Below, piece after piece: positions 52,149-64,000 of a stretch of DNA of 64,000 bases (position 1 is its first letter; each line of letters starts with the position of its first letter). A model generated the notes under the pieces. It saw only the letters and a program-made list of their open reading frames with translations, was not told the DNA's origin and ran no database searches. This DNA comes from Nageia nagi (Eukaryota > Plantae > Pinophyta): the NCBI GenBank assembly GCA_050084985.1, contig JBITNC010000002.1, positions 10,788,001-10,852,000 of the forward strand. The letters are read 5' to 3'. The position numbers and the translations under genes are program-made.

Positions 52149-55100
52149 TGAGAGAATTGAAGTATAAACTAAACAACTCTATATTCCCAAGATCACATGA
52201 AAGCTCACAATACACATCTAACAAACTCGTAAAGCAATCTCACAAAGATAACATAAGTTGTAAGTGGTCCCTTTAACTAGGAGTACATCCACCAACTAGA
52301 TCTCTCTTCTTAACAAATATGAACTCTTACAATCCTCCTAAACTTTTCTCCTAAACACTTTCCTATAACATAACTTTGCTTCTTAAATTGGTGTTTAATC
52401 ACAAAGAGGGAGCCTTCTATTTATAGGCCAAAATCCCTCTTTGGATCACCTTTTTATCCAATGTACAAAAGCATGACATGCACATCCTTTTACCCAAGGG
52501 TCATGCTCATGACATAGAGTGTAGGACAAGTTACATTATCATATTCACTTAAATACTTAAGGTATCAAATGATACCTTTAAGTATTAATGAATTTACATA
52601 AAAGATTATTACATAACCTTTACAATAATGCATTATACATTCCAACACTCCCCCTTAATGCAATATTACGATAGAGTGAATAAGAGAGAAGAGAGAGAGA
52701 AAGTAAGAGAGTTCTCCTCCAAATAGATATAATGGCGATGAGAACTCTTTACATATTTGTGAAATAAGAAAAGATCTAGTTTGAGACTCACTACTTTGCC
52801 AAATACAATCATTAACCATAACGAGTTTTAATGTACATGAAGTAGTCATCCAACTAGAAGTCATGAAGAGTCTTTAAGAGCCTGCATACCTAAGGTAAGT
52901 AACCTACAATCTCAAAGGAACCTATAGGTCATAAGTAGCTCAAATAATAAGATAAGTTAGATGCAACATATTCATATCAACAAGGATATATGAATCACAC
53001 AAATGCCATTATGAACTGATCAATGGTGCATTATAAATTATCACGAAGATGCTATGCCAAAAACTCATTGTCACCTGTTGTATATAAAACATGTGTTGAT
53101 TATCATTACAAAATAGAGCATGCACATATGAGTTCTTCACATATGGATAACTAAATAGTGCCAAAAGACACATAAGAGTTCCTCACATATGGATAACTGA
53201 ACAGTGCTAGATTGGCCAATCTTTTGCTTTAAAATTTTATACAAGTTCATCATGCAAAGTGAACTTACCATGAAGGTGTACAACAATATCAACACTATAT
53301 AACACAAAATCCTCCTAAGGGTGAAGTTATCATCACAAACATGAATTCAACATAAGAATTCAAACTTCACTCCCCCTTGAGGGCAACTTCACCAACCCAA
53401 TAGCATCCCTAAGTTTATAGAACTAAGCTTCTGGGAGGGGCTTGGTGAATAAATCAATGAAGTTCAAGGTGGATGAAAAATACTCTAGGTGTATGATGCC
53501 ATCAAGAACCTTCTCCTTGATAAAATGGGCATGGATTTTCATATGTTTTATTCTTTGATGGAACACAAGATTCTTAGCTAAAGAAATAGCTGATTGATTG
53601 TCTGAAGAAATCAAAGATGAGCCACCTTGCTCATACCTATCTTTCAGAAGATGCTTTAGCCAAATGGCTTCTTAGGCTGCAACAAACATGGCATGGTATT
53701 TAACTTCTATGGTTGAAAGAGAAATAGTAGGCTACTTCTTGAAAGCCTAAGAGATAGCACCTAAACCAATGCTAAACACATACATAGAGGTTGATTTTCT
53801 ATCATCTTTATCTCCCCCATAGTTGGAATTTGTGAATCCAAAGCGAACAAATGAGGGTAGCTTAGAATACTTGAGAGCAAGATCCTTAATCCTTGCAACA
53901 TACCTCAAGATTTGCTTAACAACATTGAGGTGCTTAACATATGGTTTCTGTATGAATCATGCCATCAGATTCACTACAAAGGTAATATCTAGCTTGGATA
54001 TAGTCAAATACAAAAGATTACCAATTAATTACCTATAAACTATAGCATCAGCTAATTGAGAGTTGGAGCTTGAAGAAATAATTATTTCAAGAGAGACTAG
54101 GATCATAGCATATCTATACTCCATTCCAAACTTCTACAAGATGTCTGATATATACTTAGATTGACTAAGATAAGTACAATCTTTTTATTGATACACTTGC
54201 ATTCCAAGGTAGTAGTGCAAGAGACCAAGATTAATCATTTCAAATGTTACATTAAATTTGGATATGCAATCTTAAATGATTTTATCATTATTTCCAATAA
54301 TCAAAAGATCATCCACATAAAGGAGAATCAAGATCATGTCTTTTGTTTGATTGAGCACATATAGATTGAAGTAAAAAAACACTTGGATAAACTAATATTT
54401 GCAAAATACCTTGAAATCTTCCTGTACCAGGCCCTAGGTGCTTGCTTAAGTCCATATAATGACTTCTTTAGCTTGCACACAAAGGACTCTTTGCCTTTCA
54501 TAATGAACCCTTTTGGTTGATTCATAAAGATTTCCATATTTAAGTCACCATTGAGAAATGCACTCTTGACATCAAATTGAAAAACTTTCCTTCTTCGAGC
54601 TATAGAAAGAGTAAGGATAAGTCTCATAGTAGGCATCTTTACCACAGGAGCAAAGGTTTTCTCATAATCTCCATCATATTTTTGAGCAAAACCTTTAGCT
54701 ATTAACCTTACCTTGTATTTCTTAATATCTCCAACTAAATTGAGCTTGACCTTGTAGATCCATTTATTTCCAATCACATTCTTCTCATTGAGATAAGGAA
54801 CCAAGTCCCAAGTTTTATTTTTCATAAGCGCCTCATACTCCACTTTCATGGCTTCCATCTAGCACTCATTTTTGAAGCTTCTTTGAAGGTTGAGGGCTCA
54901 TGCTTGTTCTTAATTTTGGAAAATAAGGATTTGTTCAAGGTCATGCTCCTTGTTACCCTTTGTGTTGGAGAATTTTATTCTTGAGATGACTTATCTACAT
55001 CAATATCTAACCATCTAGGTGCAATTGAAGAATTCTCTAGATCATTAACATCCTCTTTAAAAATAGATTCTTTAAGAAGTTCATTGAACTTTACATCCCT

Positions 55101-58100
55101 TAAAATAAGCATTGCTTTATAGGATGGAGAGTAGAGCGTGTAGCATCTATGCTAATTATCATAACCCATAAAGATGCATTTTTTAACTCTTTTATCTAAC
55201 TTCTTATTTTTCTCAAAAATAATGTAGGAGAATGCTTCACAACCAAACATCCTAAGGTGAGAAATGTTAGGTTTTCTTCCTGACCATATATCAAAAGGAG
55301 TTTTCCTTTGAATGACTTTTGTGAAACACCTATTCAAGGTGTAAATAGTAGTGCTTACATCTTCACCTCATAAGAAACTAAAAAGATTACCCAACATGCA
55401 TCTATCCATCTCCATAATTATTCTATTTTTCCTTTCAACAACACCATTTTGCTGAGGAGTGAAAGAATCGTAAACTGCCTCTTGATTCCATATTTAGCAT
55501 AATAGTCACTAAACTCATTACTGTTATATTCTCCTCCATTATCTAATCTCAACATATTGATTTTAAGGTTAGTTTAATTCTCAACAAAGACTTTAAAAAC
55601 TTTAAAACTTTCAAAGGTTTGATCTTTGTGCTCAAGTAGATACCCAAAGGTCATTTTACTAAAGTCATCAATGAACGTCAAGACCTAAGATGCTCCTCCA
55701 AGTGACTTAGTATAAAATGAACCCATTAAATTTGAATGCACAAGTTGAAGAGGTTGAGATGCTCTTATTGCCTTATCTTTTTCAAACTTTTATCTATGCA
55801 TCTTGTCAAGAATGCACTTCTCGCATAGACTAATCGAAGGAGAAATTGAAGAAAAACCTTCCATAAGTTTTTGGTTTTTCATTACTGGAATACTCTTGTG
55901 GTTAAGGTGCCCTAAACATTGGTGCCAAAGATTGCCTCTTGAATACACACTTGTAGCAAAACACATCTTTGATGGAACTTGATCCACAATGTAAAGATCA
56001 TCTTTCACTGATCCTTTAACCAACATGGTAAGTCCTTTTTTAATGCATCAAGATTGAAAGTTGAACTCAAATAAGTACCCTTTTTTAGCAACTTAGATCA
56101 TAAAGAGAAGGTTCATCCTAAGCTTAGAAACATAGAGAATATTATCAAGAACCTTCCTATGAATCAACACACTCTCAATTCCTTGGGCTTCAAGGATAGA
56201 GTTATCACCTATCAGAATCACATCTTTTTTATACTTATGAAAGTTCTAAAACTTATCTTTTTCAAAATATAGGTGATTAATGCAACCAAAATTAACAATC
56301 CAATTAGACAAAAAAGAACAAGATAAGGAGTATATTATCGTAGGAAAACCAACTTGAATATTCTTCTTTCCTTTATAGTTCTTTACATTTCTATTACCTT
56401 TATTCTTTTCTTCTCTTTTTTTTTTATAGCAATCAACTTCTTTATGACCTTGGATGTCACAATAGTTATAATTACCATCAAACTTTTGTTAGGATATGGA
56501 TTGTTTGCTTTGCCTTTTCCATCTCTTTGCTTAAAGTGGTTGATGTTACCATTATTCCTATTGTTGTTGTTGTTGTTCCTGTTATTGTTGTTATTGCCAT
56601 TGTTCCTACTGCTATTATTGCCATCACCTATTTTTTCAAACCTTTTAGAAGAAGAAAGATAAAATTTCTTTTGATGGTTGAACTTCTACTTGAAAGGAGT
56701 TTTGGTTGCTTCAAGAGCAATGTTATTATCCTTAAAATAAGAAATCAAAACTTTTTGTTAATGGGTTTTTTCATGCTTCAAAAGGAGCCTAGAAATATTC
56801 TCAAAGGAGAAGACTTCTTCATCATCAAGCCTTATTTCCATAATTGTCATAAAGTTTTCAAACTTTGAAGAAAGGCTTTGAAGAATGATGAAAACCATGA
56901 ACTTATGATTGATTTAATTGCACCAATAAGCAACAAGTTAGATCCTTAGGTTAATGATTTTATTCAAGTAAATGACAACATTTTCATCTTTCCCTTAACA
57001 GGATTGAAGTAACTTTTGGAGAATGGTAAACCTTCTTGAAAACTTTGAACCAAGGTATATTTTTTTAAGCTTGTCCCAAGCTTCATTTATCAAGGTTGAA
57101 AAGGAAATCATCATGAGCACATCACTTGAAACTACATAAAATATCATGAAGGTTGTCAACTCATTCTTCGTGTTGTAAGCCTCTAGTGCGTTCTCATCTA
57201 TAGGAGGTACAAGGTTCTTATTCACTGTTTACCAAAGTTTCCTTGCTTGCAATTCAGCTCTCATTCAAGGTTCCTAAATACCAAAATTGGAACCATTAAG
57301 AATGTGTTTGGGTAAAAAAGAGTCTTCCATTTGCTACACAAGGATGTGAAAAAGTAATAAGCATGTGGTTCAATAAAAAAATTATATGTTAAGCTTTAAC
57401 TAAGTAAATAATACATGTTAATTTTAACACAAAATACATGCATGATTTGTTTCACTAGTGCAAATGTTTTACAACTCAAATAATAATCCATGTACCCAAA
57501 TGCATTTTTTATCTCAAGAACCATAGATGTAGAGTGATATTATTGAAGCTTATTTTTTTATCTAAAATTAGGCTTTCACTGGGATGCCTACACAAGAGGA
57601 GCTCAAGTACTACCAATATTTAACCAATTTTCTTTGGTCAGTATTATACTCTCACAAGGAGTACCTAATATTTTCTAAGGTTATGACATATATTGGATTG
57701 ATCAAATTATTAATCTTGATTAGGTTTCAAGTTATCCTCCTATGTTATCAAGATAATCCTTAAATGGACGTGCAGACATGTGGTATCATTACACACATGC
57801 TTGTCCACATATTGGAGTTATGTTCAGACCAATAAAGGACTTAGGGGCAATTGAGAAGTACGAACTTTTCACCATTTGGATCATCAAACTTAAAGGCTCC
57901 AATCCACTTGTCCTCACCTCATAGCTCCCTAAACAAGTCATATTATGGAATGTACGTGAGGATGTGTTCATTTAAGGAGGTTGCTCATATCAATGTTTGC
58001 ATTTTTGTTTGCATAATCAAAGTGCGAAACATGAAATAAAAGAGCATAAGGAAAACATCATCCATTCAAAAAATTTGAAACCTAAATGTCCAATGGGTTT

Positions 58101-59518
58101 TGTTTACCAACCCCTAAAGGACATCTTTACATCATTCCTAATTTTTCACAAGTCCATTTTGTATAAGGAAGTAAATTGCATTATAACTAAAAAAATTTTA
58201 AGTAATAAGCATGCATCATTGACTTACAAAATTAAGTCCTAAGCATACATTATTAGCTTAAAAACAATTAAGCACTAAACATAAACATGCATCATTTTAA
58301 CTTTAAAAGTTTAAGTAACAAGCATAAGTACTAATCATAAGCATGAATTATAAAATTTTAAGTTCTAAAAAACATGCATCATTAACTCAATTTGCATTTA
58401 CATATCTATTTGCAAAATAAAATATTTAGCATGCATTATTCAAAAATACATAGACATGCAATATTTTATCTAACATGCTATAGATAAAATTTAAGTAAAA
58501 AATTATACAATTTCCCCCACTTTTACTTAAAATTATCCTAAAGATAGCATGTTATTTACTTAGAATTTTAACTAAGGAAAGAGAAAAAATGTTAAGCATT
58601 AATGCCAATAATAAGCATTAAAAAAAAGGCTTAAATAATGTAATTATAGGCATTAAATAACATCTACTTCAAAAAATTGATTTTCTCTATTTAAACAAGT
58701 AAATGTTTAATAAGCTATCATGCTCCTACTAGTACTTGAGAGAAAAAGTCAAATAATTTTAAGGCCATTTTATTCCAAACACTCCAAGTAAATTAAAAAA
58801 AATACACTAAGTCAAAGGCTATTCATGATGGAGTACTCCTTCCTAAGCAAAAAAAAAAAAATGCATTTAGGTAAAAAGAGATGGCTACCCTTCCCTTACC
58901 AAGAAGGAGAAAATGTTGCTTTTGTAGGTGTATTTAAGAAGGTAAATATGTTGCAAGTAAATTATTTAATGCACCTTGGGAGCCATCCTTTGCATGGAAA
59001 ATAAAATTCAATGCAAAGATAGAAAAAGGCATCTTATTATCCTCTAAGCCAAGAGAGGAAGGCACCTACAGAGAACTAATGCGGAGGGATTGAAGGTGAG
59101 AAAAATAATAAACGAAAAAAAAGGAGAAGATCCCCTTTGTCGCGTACTACTCTGTTGCCATCGAAATGAGCAAGATCAGATTATAACCATGAGGGTTGGT
59201 GAGGAGAGAGAAGAGAGTCCGTGGTAGAGAGATAGCTGGTGGGAGGATCGGATGCAAGGGCATGGTTTTATGTGCATGAAAAAGTAGGCCATCATACGAT
59301 TCCTTTAATCTACCATTAACTAAAAAATGTGTGGAGTTGCAGGATATATGGCACAATGGAAACGTGAGAGGCCAGGTCAAAGGAGGATAAGGGTTTCAAA
59401 CTCACTTCATGATGACCAAAAACTGTCATCAACTAATTTTTGATTTTGTTCTTTACTAAAAAAATCATAGTGTCACCAGCTAATTTCATTTTTGATTTTG
59501 TAATTTACTAAAAAAAAA

Positions 59519-59550
<32 letters not shown>

Positions 59551-60481
59551 GTCTATATATTTGTTAGAAATAATAAATTCTTCCCTTATTTTTTTGCATT
59601 AATGTAATAAAAAAAGAAGTATATATATATATATTTAAAATAGTGCTCTCAAAATAAACTAAGTGTAAAGATAAACTTCTTCAAAGAAAATTAGAACATT
59701 TTTTTAAATCAATAAATGGCTTAGAGAGTAAAAAAATGCAATTTTTATATACTAATTTCAATTAACAATATGCTCATTAGAGGTTAGTATAAAAAAATAA
59801 ATGCATCATATTACCATTTTTAACCAAATTTTGCATATATGTTAGTATCATTAGCAAAATAAGCTCAAAAGACAAAATGAAGGACATTATACCTTCTCTT
59901 GATTTTACCTCACAATTTAGAGTAAGTTGAGGAATGAAGAAGGGCTTACACACCAAGGATGTGAAGAGGAGCTTCCAAGGAGCTTTGACACCAAATGAGA
60001 GAATTGAAGTATAAATTAAACAACTCTATATTCCCAAGATCACATGAAAGCTCACAATACACATCTAACAAACTCACAAAGATAACATAAGATGTAAGTG
60101 GTACCTCCAACTAGGAGTACATTCAATAACTAGATCTCTCTTCTTAACAAATATGAACTCTTGCAATCCTCCTAAACTTTTCTCTTAAACACTATCCTAT
60201 AGCATAACTTTACTTCTTAAATTGGTATTTAATCACAAAAAGGGAGCTTTCTATTTATAGGCCAAAGTCCCTCTTTGGATCACCCTTTTATCCAATGTAC
60301 AAAAGCATGACATGCACATCCTTTTACCCAAGGGGCATGCTCATGACATGGAGTGTAGGACAAGTTACATTATCATATTAACTTAAATATTTAAGGTATC
60401 AAATGATACCCTTAAGTATTAGTGAACTTACATAGAAGATTATTACATAACCTTTCCAATAATGCATTATACATTCCAACA
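52149..60481 (-). mobile_element. Full-length degenerate Ty1/Copia element (8.3 kb)
   Basis: LTRs 59996-60481 and 52149-52647; PBS TGGTGTCAAAGCT (59993-59981); PPT at 52648-52656; TSD CATTA/CATTG; gag ATG at 57330 (ILNGSNF), zinc knuckle, protease, integrase (LWHQCLGH..CEKC, DNGGEY, QQNGVVERK), RT and RNase H in Copia order. Confidence 0.96.
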
Positions 60482-61943
60482 CATTGTACCCCTAAAATAT
60501 ATGAGGAATATCATCTAAGGGGTACACATTGTACTCTTCTCAATGATTTGGTCCACAAGGGAGAGTTTCCCATTTGCATTGGAAACTCTAAATACCTTAA
60601 ACTCCTTAGTTTTGAATCCTTCCTTTTGGACAAATCCTTCATCAATGAAATTATGAGTAACACCACGATTAATTAAAACCATTACCTTCTTGCCCTCATG
60701 TTTGCCCAATTACCTTCAATGTGAAGTATTTGGGATCTTCACTAAGAGATGCAATCATGTTTTCAATGAATCCCTAACCCCTAGGAGTATCTTCAAATGC
60801 ATCTTTTATTTATGGTATTTTCAATTCACGCTCTAAATCAAAATCTTCCTCATCATTTGGGATTATCCCAATGTAATATATTTTCCCCTTGCTAAGGTAG
60901 TTATGTCCAAGCTACCATGATTTCTTGCAATGAAAACATTTGCCTTGTTCTCTCAATTTCCTCCTTATGGTTGCATCAAGTTGGTTTATTTTTGGAAGAA
61001 AGGGTGGCTTTTCCTTGTTGGTCACCTCTTTTTTTGCTGCATTTTTCTTATGAGCATAAACTTTTGGTGGTTTAACACCCTTAAGATTAAGCATAGATGG
61101 CTCTAATTCAATTGCATCCTCAAGTAATTGAGGTTTGAAAATTTTGATCATACCTTGTAGATGTTCCATCAATCCCTCTATAAAGATAAAAGTGAGCCTC
61201 TCTTCTGAAATGCTATTGATCATAATAATAATTTTCTAAAATTTTGAAATGTAATCTTTTACGGATCCTTTTTGTCTTAATGATGTAAGCTATTTGAAGT
61301 AATCATTCTCCCCTTTTTTTATCAAAATGTTTCACCAATTTCCTATTAAACGCATCAAAATAAGTGATGTATGAGTAACCTTGACTTATCACATAATCTT
61401 TCCACCACTCATATGCATCTCCATCCAAGTGCAAAGTTGTAAATTAGACTGCATCCTCTACCTCCATCTTGGGGCTTAGAGTGAAGTAAGTCTGCAATTT
61501 TTGCATCCATACTCTAGCACTCATCTTTTTCCCTCCATAATACATGTGTACCTATATTTTAATCACTTTTTATTGTAATTCTTTTTCATCACCTCTTGGG
61601 CTCCCTTGGAAATGGTTTCCATTCCCTTTTTTGCCCAAAATTTCCAAGTAATTATTGAAACTCACATCCCTTTTAAATTTTGGACTAAACATGGAGTATT
61701 CTTTATAAATTTGATTCAACTCAAGAGGAGTAGGAACTAAATTTTTTACCTCACTTTACTTCTTTTTGTTGAACATGACCTTAGGGGGTCTAGGAATGAT
61801 AGGTGTAGCCTTGTCCTCTTCCACATCATCCTCCAAGTATCTCTTAAATAAGGGGTTCTCCTCACACAATGCTCTAGTAGTGTGGGATCTCTTGAAAATG
61901 TGTTCATGATCCTTATGAGGACTTATTGATCCATGATGCATAG

Positions 61944-63318
61944 TGTTAGAATTTGCAATGAAATATTGTGAATATCTAAACTCCTTGTAAATTCAATTAA
62001 TCACTTAAGGGTATGTAGATACCTTAAGAGATTAATTGAATTCTTTAATATGTAGACTTTGACTTTACCAAAGTGGTTAGTTGGTAGGTTAAAGTTAGGT
62101 GATACATTTATTGTAACCCTAACCTTACCCTTGGGTTAAAGGGAGGTTAGGGAGGTGCTCTCAAGCTATAAATAGAGGGCCTCTCCTCTTGTAACATAAC
62201 TAAGTGCTTGGAGTAAGATTACTCTACTAGTTGTGTAGGAGAGGAAGAGTATAGGTGTAAGAGAGGCATACTTGAGAATTGAGATACTAGTTGTGGATGT
62301 ACTCTCAAGGAGGGAGGAACCACATTACACTTGTGTTATCTTGAGTGATTGTGTTATCTTGTGTATGATTGAGTTTCCTAGTCTTAGGTCCTAGAGGATT
62401 TGTTTAGATCTAGTTCAAATCCTTCAATTGGTATCAGAGCCATGTTGTGGAAGCTCTTCTTCTTTGTGTAGAAGCTCTTCTTGGTGTGGAAGCTCTTCTT
62501 TTGGTGTGGAAGCTACATCTTGGAGGTTCTTCATCCTTCTTCATTCCTCATCTTACACCCCATTGGTGAGGTAAATTTTAAGAAAAGGTATAAAGTTCCT
62601 CCTCATTTGGTCATTTCTTTTTGGATTATTACATAATGCTACTAACACATTATTTGCTATGTGTTAGTCCTTTTTAAGTTGTGATTAACAAGTTGCAATT
62701 TTTTACTAATCCTCTATGTTACTTGCAATTTTAAATTGCTATAGTTCTTTTAAAAAGGGTTAGTATACAAAATCCTTTCCTTGTAATCTGAATCACGAAG
62801 ATGAGATTCATCCTTAGTTTAGGCACATAAAAGACATTATCAAGATTCTTTCCATGAATCTTCACACTCCCTATTCCTTGAACATCAAGGACTGTATTAT
62901 CACCTATCACAACTGCATCCTTTTTGTACTTATGAAAGTTTTCAAACTTATCCTTTTCATAACACATGTGATTAGTGCATCCTGAATCAATAATCCAATC
63001 ATTTGTAACCCTAACCTTACCCTTGGGTTAAAGGGAGGTTAGGGAGGTGCTCTCAAGCTATAAATAGAGGGCCTCTCCTCTTGTAACATAACTAAGTGCT
63101 TGGAGTAAGATTACTCTACTAGTTGTGTAGGAGAGGAAGAGTATAGGTGTAAGAGAGGCATACTTGAGAATTGAGATACTAGTTGTGGATGTACTCCCAA
63201 GGAGGGAGGAACCACATTACACTTGTGTTATCTTGAGTGATTGTGTTATCTTGTGTATGATTGAGTTTCCTAGTCTTAGGTCCTAGAGGATTTGTTTAGA
63301 TCTAGTTCAAATCCTGCA
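61944..63318 (+). mobile_element. Young, rearranged 1.4-kb Copia derivative
   Basis: TG...CA with perfect TSD CATAG; 5' LTR 61944-62426; PBS TGGTATCAGAGCCA 62429-62442; inverted protease fragment (DWIIDSGCTNHMC on minus strand, ~62731-63000); 5'-truncated 3' LTR 63003-63318. Confidence 0.92.
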
Positions 63319-64000
63319 CATAGAACCTCTATCTCTCATGTTGTGAGATTTCTCAAGTCCTCCCCTTTCCTCATGCTCTTCCTCCCTCCTAGGGCTAGAA
63401 TATGGGAGGCTAGGGCTCCCATGAACCCTAACATCATACCTTGTGGATCTCTTCTAGCTAAAACAATATCAATTTTTTAATGCATTAAAGTAGTCACATT
63501 ATTCAACACATCCATGAGCTAATCATATCCTTCATTTACTGGTGACATACTCCTCCTTCTGGTGGGAGATATTCCCCTCCTAGTTGAATTTCTTTCTTCA
63601 TCATGCAGTCTAATTCCTTAGACATCTCCTTTCTCCACATCCCATGTGTAGTTTAGCCTCTCTTGAGAAGCTTCTCTTCTATCTCCAACTTTTTTTGCTA
63701 ATGTCATGGCTCTCCTAGAACTATTTCATGTGTAATAACTATGGATCGGATGACTCATTCAACAAGATGGTAGGATCTATTCTATGTTACCAATGAAATA
63801 TTCTAAATAATTTTGCTAATGCCATGGCTCTCCTAGATCTCACCTTAAAGTCATCAATACCTCCCTAATCCAATGTTAGCCTCTTATAGGTCCTCAAATA
63901 CCTCAAACATATCATAGATTCTCTTGTGTGGGGTTTAGAGTCTTCCCAAGGTGTGATGTTAAGTTCCAAGTGTGCTATAATGTCCCCTAAGCCCAACATT

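Larger units (their letters stand above)
50052..64000 (-). mobile_element. Non-autonomous Ty3/Gypsy element (gag and protease, pol mostly deleted) hosting two Copia insertions
   Basis: 3' LTR 50052-51237; PPT GAGGGGAGG at ~51241-51249; PBS-like TGGTAACATAG ending near 63792; 5' LTR from 63794; gag WMQKLQTYF...LHLDGDAYEWW and CFHCKKSW; protease VLINRGVTHNFI...ILGVQW. Confidence 0.87.

Noticed and set aside
56354-56868. Leu/Val-rich membrane-protein-like ORFs
   Set aside because: Antisense shadow of the Asn-rich (AAC/AAT) linker in the Copia gag.
62114-62132. Telomere-like AACCCTAACC motif
   Set aside because: Only one to two imperfect units, and they are part of the LTR.

Overview
Eukaryotic, AT-rich, CpG-depleted seed-plant nuclear DNA. 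The multi-kb, TE-filled introns and the TE types look gymnosperm-like (inference). Three intact-looking host genes are present: a single-exon RALF34-like peptide precursor (11372-11752, +), plastid thioredoxin x (2 exons, 25481-15506, -, 183 aa, 9.4-kb intron) and THF1/Psb29 (5 exons, 49267-31590, -, 303 aa, all GT-AG and in frame). The rest is nested mobile DNA whose boundaries can often be read from TSDs, TIRs, PBS and PPT: two inverted copies of one Ty1/Copia family, chromovirus-type Gypsy remnants, hAT elements, a CACTA derivative, and L1 and MULE fragments. The most unusual observations are: (1) an intronless, decayed AGO1-clade MID-PIWI retrocopy lying antisense in the TRX-x intron, bracketed by a ~200-bp direct repeat (possible LTR-mediated gene capture); (2) an LTR element with a ~2.3-kb LTR but only ~77 bp between the LTRs; (3) a triple nest in which excising a Copia restores the host Gypsy protease frame; (4) a U3 hairpin kept with compensatory changes across two Copia LTR families; (5) a predicted ~2.6-kb 5'-UTR intron in the Copia; (6) a CpG-rich 41-bp TGACGTGG minisatellite in the THF1 promoter. 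There is no prokaryotic system, CRISPR array or rRNA/tRNA gene.
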